Of a stretch of DNA of 39,455 nucleotides, positions 33,470 to 39,455 are shown in pieces. A program made the position numbers and the translations under genes. This stretch comes from a virus (Duplodnaviria > Caudoviricetes), in the IMG/VR virus record IMGVR_UViG_3300043764_000035, positions 1 through 39,455 of that record; one strand, written 5' to 3'. The notes beneath the pieces were generated by a model. That model did no database searches. It was not told the origin of the DNA and worked only from the letters and a program-made list of their open reading frames with translations. Positions within the stretch are counted from its first letter, which is position 1. Every line of letters starts with the position of its first letter.

Positions 33470-33807
33470 TGGATTATCTTGAGGAAACCTACGGGCTGCT
33501 GAAGCTCTACGAGACTCTCGTGGCGCACGGCTCGACGAACTTTCAGAACATCCGCGCTGAGGCTTGGGATCGGCTGCAGGAGATCGACCGCCAGCTTGGC
33601 GTTGAACGCACCACGCCTGTGGCGAAGGAAGACGCGGCATTGGCTGAGGCTGAGAAGGAGCCGCTTCCGTCTGAGCCAGAGCCCGAAGCTCACAAGCATC
33701 CAACTAGCGAAGCAGTTGAGCCTGAAGAGGTCGAAGCCGAAGGCGAAGTTGAACCTGCGCCCACCCAGACTGAAAATGGCACCCGCGGAATGGTAAGGAG
33801 AGTCTAA
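33469..33807 (+). CDS. Acidic hypothetical protein ending MVRRV
   Basis: TGATG coupling, AAGGAG RBS. Confidence 0.6.
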   Translation: MDYLEETYGLLKLYETLVAHGSTNFQNIRAEAWDRLQEIDRQLGVERTTPVAKEDAALAEAEKEPLPSEPEPEAHKHPTSEAVEPEEVEAEGEVEPAPTQTENGTRGMVRRV

Positions 33808-34082
33808 TGGCAAGAGATATCCTCGGGGGCTTCGGCCCCAATTCATCCCAGCCTCAGCGTGAGAGCGCCAGCTGCGGCGGTGTCTGCCCTGGCGAGACCA
33901 AAGACGTCATGAACTACTCGCCGCCCCAAGGCCCGAAGAACATCATGGACCCGAAGTCTCCCGGCATCCATGGGGTCAACCATGGCATCGGCAATGGCTG
34001 TGAGTACGACGGCCGTGCCAGCGGCAGCCCCGGCCTCGGCGGCAAGAACCACGGCAATAGCGGCAGCCAGGGGCGTTACTAA
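33807..34082 (+). CDS. Small Gly-rich protein ending SGSQGRY
   Basis: TAATG coupling; internal SPGxxGxNHG repeat. Confidence 0.65.
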   Translation: MARDILGGFGPNSSQPQRESASCGGVCPGETKDVMNYSPPQGPKNIMDPKSPGIHGVNHGIGNGCEYDGRASGSPGLGGKNHGNSGSQGRY

Positions 34083-35176
34083 TGACCACTCAAACGGACA
34101 TGGTCAACCGCGCTCTGCAAACCTTCGGGTCGCGGACGACCGTGACCGCTGCGGAGCTAGCCACCAACGGTTCAAACGAAGCAATCCAAGCCAATCTGAT
34201 CCTCGATCCGTTCCGGCGAAGGTTGCTTCGTTTGGCGCCCTGGTCCTGCGCCTTTCAGACCTTCAACCTCACCTACATCTCCTCCGTCCCAGGCACGCCC
34301 GAGAACACCTCCCCAGCGACGCAGCTATGGCAGAAAGGCCAACCGGCGCCGCCCTGGGCCTATGAATACCAATACCCCGTCGATTGCCTCCGGGCTTGTT
34401 GGGTCACGCCTCAGACCGCTACTGGCTTCGCTTCAGGCATTCCAATCACCACCGCCGTGACCGGCGGCGCCCCGACCTTTTGGCAAGGGCCGCCAGTCAA
34501 GTACTCCGTGGCAGTGGATCAATTCTTCGGTGTACTCTCTGCAGTGCCAGTACTAGGAGGCTTAGGCTATGCCATTGGCGACTTCATCACCCTGGCCCAA
34601 GCTCCGCAAGGCTCTCCCCCTCTGGGTGCTCCAGTTGTGCTTCAGGTCACTAGCATCGGTGGGGGCGGTAGCGTTACTGGCGTTAGTGTTATTAACGTCA
34701 TCCGGGGGTCGGCATCACCAATCGGCGGCAGCTACTTTGCAGTTCAATCCGGTGCCCAGGCACAAGGCTCGACTTCCGGGGTTGGCATCGGTGCGACCTT
34801 CACCCTCACTCAACAAGCCACTGCAGGCGATCAACGGGTCATTCTGACCAATCAAGAGTTCGCCATTCTCAACTGCGTCCGAGACGTGACGAACTTCGAC
34901 GTCTTCGACGATGACTTCCAGGAGGCCTACGCCTTCATCCTGGGCGGGGCGCTTTGCAAGGCCCTAACCGGCGACAAGAGCCTAGCCAATCTCACCCTCG
35001 CCCAAGGCAATTCCATCATCACCACCACCCGCGGCAACGATGCCAATGAGGGTCTCAAGGTCAACGATGTCACGCCTGACTGGCTCCGCATTCGTGGCAT
35101 TGACTATGTCGAAGACTACAGTGGACCCTACAACACCGGCTTCAATTGGGGGGCCATCTGGCCTGGCTATACCTAA
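34082..35176 (+). CDS. Tail tubular protein A / adaptor with an inserted beta domain
   Basis: NRALQTFG...RRLLRLAPWSCA...WAYEYQYPVDCLR...FDDDFQEA...ALTG...DANEG...PDWLRIRG. Confidence 0.8.
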   Translation: MTTQTDMVNRALQTFGSRTTVTAAELATNGSNEAIQANLILDPFRRRLLRLAPWSCAFQTFNLTYISSVPGTPENTSPATQLWQKGQPAPPWAYEYQYPVDCLRACWVTPQTATGFASGIPITTAVTGGAPTFWQGPPVKYSVAVDQFFGVLSAVPVLGGLGYAIGDFITLAQAPQGSPPLGAPVVLQVTSIGGGGSVTGVSVINVIRGSASPIGGSYFAVQSGAQAQGSTSGVGIGATFTLTQQATAGDQRVILTNQEFAILNCVRDVTNFDVFDDDFQEAYAFILGGALCKALTGDKSLANLTLAQGNSIITTTRGNDANEGLKVNDVTPDWLRIRGIDYVEDYSGPYNTGFNWGAIWPGYT

Positions 35177-38037
35177 TGTCCAGTCCCGTAATTCAAACCT
35201 CCTTCAACGCAGGTGAATGGGCGCCTGAGCTGAACGCTCGTGTCGATCTGGAGAAGTATCAATCTGGCGCCGCGCTGTTGGAGAACTTCTTCGTCGACTA
35301 CCGCGGAGGCGCCACCACTCGCCCTGGCTCACGCTATATCCTACAGACCTTCAAGCCCACCTCCGTCCGTATCATACGCTTCCAGGCCTCGTTCACCGTC
35401 AGCTACATCCTAGAGTTCGGCGATATCTACATTCGGTTCTTCAACAACGCCGCACCGGTTCTTGAAGCCCCAACCACAATCTCTAGCGTCACCAACGCCA
35501 ACCCAGGCGTAGTCACTGACATTGCCCATGGCTACGCTGCAGGAGATTGGATTTTCATCTCTGGCGTCGTTGGCATGACGCAGCTGAACACTAACTACTA
35601 CATCGTCCAGAACACCACCACCAACACCTACCAGCTCACTGATCTCTTCGGCAATGTCGTCGACACCACTACCTTCGGCGCTTATGTCTCTGGAGGTATC
35701 GCTCGACGTGTCTACACCATCTCCTCACCCTACGCCGCCAGCGAGGTCTTCGACCTCAAGTGGGTTCAAAACGTCAACCAACTATACCTCCTCCATCCCA
35801 ACCATCCTCCGTATGTGCTGACTCTGAATAGCGCAACGAATTGGACCTTGGCTCCGATCAACTTCGGCCCGACTATTTCCACTCCAATTGGCCAGTCAGC
35901 CGTTAGCAGCCTTGGCGCTGGCTCGGTCAACTACGCCTACGTCGTCACTGCGGTCGATGCCAACGGTCAAGAGTCAGGCCCATCAGCTTTCGCCACTATC
36001 TCCAACGTCTTGGACATCCGTACAACCGGCGGCAGCAACACCGTTTCCTGGACCGCCGTCTCAGGCGCTGTTTCCTACAACGTCTACCGCGCTCAGCCTC
36101 GCTACGGCGCAGCAGTTCCCGTCGGGGCTCAATTCGGCTTCTGTGGCAACTGCTCCGCCACGACCTTCGTCGACTCTAACATCGCGCCCAACTACGACCT
36201 CTGCCCGCCGGTCGTAGAGAATCCCTTCAGTGGCGCTGGCATCGCCACTATCACTATCACCAGTGGTGGTGCCTACCAGGGCGTACCGGTCCCTACTATC
36301 TCCTTCACCGGAGGTGGTGGCAGTGGTGCAGCAGCTACGCCAATTCTAGCCGTTACTGCCACCTCTATAATCTCCGGAGGAACTGGCTACTTCGCAGGGC
36401 AGATAGTTGGAGCCAAGCCGGGCATTGGCCAGAACGATGGTGGCTTCCAAATCCAAGTCACCTCGGTTGATTTCTTCGGAACCATCACTGGCTTCGTCGT
36501 CCTAGCCGCAGGGAATATCAGCTCTGGTACAGCCCCAGCCTCGCTAACTATGTTCATCTCTAGCGGCGCCGGGCACAGTGAAGCCACTATCGGCACACTC
36601 TGGTCCGTCATCTCTGCAGGCATCACCGCCCCAGGCATCGGCTACGTCGGCGCCCCTACCGTCCACTTCTCTAGTGGCTTAGCCGCAGCCACGGCCACCC
36701 TTGGTGCCTCAAGTTCTGGCAACCCCACTTGTGGCTCTATTTACAACCAGCGCTTGGCACTATCCGGACCTGTCGCTTCGCCTCAGCAATTCAACTTCTC
36801 CCAGCCCGGCGCTCCGTTCAACTATAACGTCAGCAACCCAACCCAGGCCGATGATGCTATCCAGGGCACCCTCTCCACCGGCGAGTTGAACACCATCCAG
36901 GCCCTAGTCCCATTCCCACAGGGTCTGATCGCACTGAGCGATAAGCTCGCTTGGCTCATCAATGGCGGCAGCCCTGGAGCCCCAATCTCTGCGTTACAGA
37001 CTGTCGCTAACTCTCACTCCTACGTCGGCGCCGCTAGCAACCCAGCCCCAATTGTTGCCAATATGGACATCCTTCATGTCCAATCAAAAGGCTCCATCGT
37101 CCGCAACCTCGTCTTCAACTTCTACACTCAAGTCTTCACCGGTACGGACATTTCCGTCCTATCCTCGCATCTATTCTATGGCTTCCAGATCGTCGATTGG
37201 GCCTGGGCTGAGGAGCCCTTCAAGCTGGTCTGGGCCGTACGAAACGATGGCGCCATATTAAATCTCACCTTCCTGAAAGAGCAGGAGTTCATCGCCTGGG
37301 CGCATAGTATCACTCAAGGTGCGTATAAGTCCGTCGCGTCCGTTGTAGAAAGTGCCTCCATCGGCAACGTCGACGCTGTCTACACGGTCACCCAGCGACA
37401 GATCAACGGCCAAACAGTCCAGTACATCGAGCGCTTTCAAGAGCTGTTCTATCCGACCGGTGTGCAGAATGCTTGGCAAGTTGACGCAGGCATTAGCTAT
37501 TCCGGCGCATCCAGCCTTAGCTTTACTGGGGCCCAGCACTTGGCTGGCGCAACCGTGACTGGCATCGCCGTAGACAACTTGAACAACACGACCGTGATCA
37601 CGCCCTTTACCATGCCAGCCAGCGGCAACTTCACCCTCCCACCGCCGATAGGCTCCGCCTCGGGCTATACCACAGTAGTAGTGGGCCTGCCTTTCATCGC
37701 CAAACTCCAAACCCTGGCCCTGGACTTGAAAGGTGGCGACACCATCCAGTCCAAGCGGAAGAAGGTCTCAGCGGTGACCGTCCGCGTGGCCAATGCCCTC
37801 GGCCTTAGCGCTGGGCGCACCTTTAACACTCTTGTGCCTATGAAAGACCTCATCATCGGCAACGTTGGCACGATGTCCAACCAAGTAGTGACCAACCTCC
37901 AGACCACCGACGCCCGCACTGTCGTCGATCCGCAGTGGGATGTCTTCGGCCAGTTCTGCATTCAGCAATCTAACCCATTCCCAGCCTCAATCCTGGGTGT
38001 CATTCCTGAGATCGAAGTCGGAGACACGCCGAAATGA
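35176..38037 (+). CDS. Tail tubular protein B / nozzle with inserted surface domains
   Basis: QTSFNAGEWAP.L.ARVDL.KY, ENF.V..RGG..RPG, ILEFG..YIRF, YNQRL, WAVRNDG, AWAH, VGLPF, RKKV. Confidence 0.88.
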   Translation: MSSPVIQTSFNAGEWAPELNARVDLEKYQSGAALLENFFVDYRGGATTRPGSRYILQTFKPTSVRIIRFQASFTVSYILEFGDIYIRFFNNAAPVLEAPTTISSVTNANPGVVTDIAHGYAAGDWIFISGVVGMTQLNTNYYIVQNTTTNTYQLTDLFGNVVDTTTFGAYVSGGIARRVYTISSPYAASEVFDLKWVQNVNQLYLLHPNHPPYVLTLNSATNWTLAPINFGPTISTPIGQSAVSSLGAGSVNYAYVVTAVDANGQESGPSAFATISNVLDIRTTGGSNTVSWTAVSGAVSYNVYRAQPRYGAAVPVGAQFGFCGNCSATTFVDSNIAPNYDLCPPVVENPFSGAGIATITITSGGAYQGVPVPTISFTGGGGSGAAATPILAVTATSIISGGTGYFAGQIVGAKPGIGQNDGGFQIQVTSVDFFGTITGFVVLAAGNISSGTAPASLTMFISSGAGHSEATIGTLWSVISAGITAPGIGYVGAPTVHFSSGLAAATATLGASSSGNPTCGSIYNQRLALSGPVASPQQFNFSQPGAPFNYNVSNPTQADDAIQGTLSTGELNTIQALVPFPQGLIALSDKLAWLINGGSPGAPISALQTVANSHSYVGAASNPAPIVANMDILHVQSKGSIVRNLVFNFYTQVFTGTDISVLSSHLFYGFQIVDWAWAEEPFKLVWAVRNDGAILNLTFLKEQEFIAWAHSITQGAYKSVASVVESASIGNVDAVYTVTQRQINGQTVQYIERFQELFYPTGVQNAWQVDAGISYSGASSLSFTGAQHLAGATVTGIAVDNLNNTTVITPFTMPASGNFTLPPPIGSASGYTTVVVGLPFIAKLQTLALDLKGGDTIQSKRKKVSAVTVRVANALGLSAGRTFNTLVPMKDLIIGNVGTMSNQVVTNLQTTDARTVVDPQWDVFGQFCIQQSNPFPASILGVIPEIEVGDTPK

Positions 38038-38447
38038 ACGTCGAAATCTTCCAGACTCAGGACCCACTTACCGCTCGCTTAGTGGCTACCTTTGGCGTTG
38101 GCTACTTCACCCGGCGCCAGCTAGAAATGTTCGACCATTCGCAGAAACTAGGCCCGGTCTACGTTGGCCTTGTAGACAATATCTTCGTCGCTTGCTGGGG
38201 CATAGCCCCACCGACCTTCATGTCTGACGACGCCTACCTCTGGTTCTGGGCCCCACCAGTGCGCTTCCCGATCACCTTACTTCGCCACAGCAAGAAGGCC
38301 GTCGATCTCCTTCTCGATCGCTACGATTTGCTCCGTGGTCATTGCCACGTTGGCGCGCTTCATTCTCGCAGATGGATGCAATGGCTCGGGGCCGAGTTCG
38401 GCCAGCCCAACGGCACGTTAATCCCGTTTGAAATCAGGAGGCCGTAA
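38034..38447 (+). CDS. GNAT-fold / T7 gp13-like protein
   Basis: Position after the nozzle; AYLWF...SRRWMQWLGAEF. Confidence 0.65.
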   Translation: MNVEIFQTQDPLTARLVATFGVGYFTRRQLEMFDHSQKLGPVYVGLVDNIFVACWGIAPPTFMSDDAYLWFWAPPVRFPITLLRHSKKAVDLLLDRYDLLRGHCHVGALHSRRWMQWLGAEFGQPNGTLIPFEIRRP

Positions 38448-38983
38448 TGGTTGATCCGGTAACCCTTGGTGCAACTGCCATCGCTGGAACGATCGCTGGA
38501 GGCATCGTCAGCGGTATGGGCGCGCAAGAGGCCGGCCAGGCCCAAGCTAATGCCTATAACTACAAAGCTGGCGTAGCCCTCATCAACAAGCAAGTGAACG
38601 AACAGAACGCCAGTTGGGCCATCCAATCCGGCGAAACTCAGGCCATGGAGAAAGGGCTGAAAGACCGCGCCAAGATCGCGCAGGAGAAAGTCGTCCAGTC
38701 CGGTAGCGGCTTCGATGTAAACACTGGCACCGCCTCTCGCGTACGTGATGACATGTCTAGCGCCTCGGCCTTCGATCAAAACGTCATTCGCTGGGACGCG
38801 GCTAAGACTGCCTACGGCTACGAGATCAAAGCCACCACCGACCAAGCTGAGTCCAATTTGGACAAAATGGCCGCCCAGCAGAGCGAAGAGGCTGGAGAGA
38901 TCGGTATGATCAGTTCTTATATCAATGCCGGTACCAGCGTCGCTAGTAAGTGGTATCAAGGCAAGGCCACTGGGGTGTTCTAA
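38447..38983 (+). CDS. Internal virion (ejection) protein, gp14-like
   Basis: MVDPVT plus hydrophobic Gly/Ala helix, SG.DV.TGTA motif. Confidence 0.75.
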   Translation: MVDPVTLGATAIAGTIAGGIVSGMGAQEAGQAQANAYNYKAGVALINKQVNEQNASWAIQSGETQAMEKGLKDRAKIAQEKVVQSGSGFDVNTGTASRVRDDMSSASAFDQNVIRWDAAKTAYGYEIKATTDQAESNLDKMAAQQSEEAGEIGMISSYINAGTSVASKWYQGKATGVF

Positions 38984-39455
38984 TGGCCCAAGCACCTGAC
39001 CTCACTCCCGATGTAGCTCCCACCACTGCTGGCGTAGCCGGGCCGCAGCTAGCTGTCCCCGTCGATGCCTTTGGCGGTGCCGTAGGCCACGCCCTGCAAG
39101 GTCTTGGCAACGCCGTTGAACAAGGCTCTGATCGCATCTGGCAGCGTGCGGTTGAGATGCAAAACATCAATAACGAAACCGAGGCCAAGGACGCCGATGC
39201 GCAGTACATGATGAAGGCCGGATCCCTTCACGCTGACTTCTCGTCCTTAGAAGGCAACGCTGCCAAGGCTGCCTTTCCAAAATACATGCAAGACCTGCAA
39301 GACCTACGCAAGTCCATTCGTGAAGGCATGTCCAACCCTGCCGCTCAGCGGATGTATGACTCCTCTTCCCTTTCCGTAATGGGCCGCACCATCTTCAATG
39401 GCGCTGGCCACGCCGCTCAGCAGAGCAAAGTAGCTGCAAGCAATGCCTCCCAGGC
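38983..39455 (+). CDS. Internal virion (ejection) protein, partial; runs off the right edge and is absent from the ORF track
   Basis: TAATG overlap; MAQAPDLTP...AFGGAVGHALQGLG...LEGNAA open to the window end. Confidence 0.75.
   Translation, partial: MAQAPDLTPDVAPTTAGVAGPQLAVPVDAFGGAVGHALQGLGNAVEQGSDRIWQRAVEMQNINNETEAKDADAQYMMKAGSLHADFSSLEGNAAKAAFPKYMQDLQDLRKSIREGMSNPAAQRMYDSSSLSVMGRTIFNGAGHAAQQSKVAASNASQ

Noticed and set aside
25984-39455. Diversity-generating retroelement as in BPP-1
   Set aside because: No reverse transcriptase and no adenine-variable repeat pair seen in this window; it could lie outside

Overview
The window is a large internal part of a tailed dsDNA podophage genome. The head module resembles Bordetella phage BPP-1 and the tail is T7-like; an alphaproteobacterial host is plausible but is only an inference. 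Two divergent arms meet at a non-coding centre (~18720-19890) that carries sigma70-type promoters and a ~200-bp imperfect palindrome. The left arm (minus strand) holds many small early genes, a UvrD-like helicase, a Cas4-like nuclease, a Sak4-like ATPase, an Acb2/Tad1-like protein, a DUF669-like SSB and nucleotide-handling enzymes. It also encodes a family A DNA polymerase split into a UDG+ExoI/II gene and an ExoIII+polymerase gene; the latter runs off the left edge and is missing from the ORF track. The right arm (plus strand) encodes TerS, TerL, portal, scaffold, major capsid, cement protein, an accessory block, tail adaptor and nozzle, and ejection proteins (truncated at the right edge). 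The most striking observation is that seven genes inside the late virion operon (27633-32480) encode beta-rich fibre-, spike- or decoration-like proteins with classical Sec signal peptides and even numbers of cysteines in the mature part. This suggests virion components that are exported and disulfide-folded in the periplasm. Other notable items are a stand-alone SSB-tail (DDDDIPF) mini-protein, a shared C-terminal [LM]xRR-hydrophobic motif on six proteins, serial leader hairpins and a pseudoknot between terS and terL. All family assignments are from motif recognition by eye; no searches were run.
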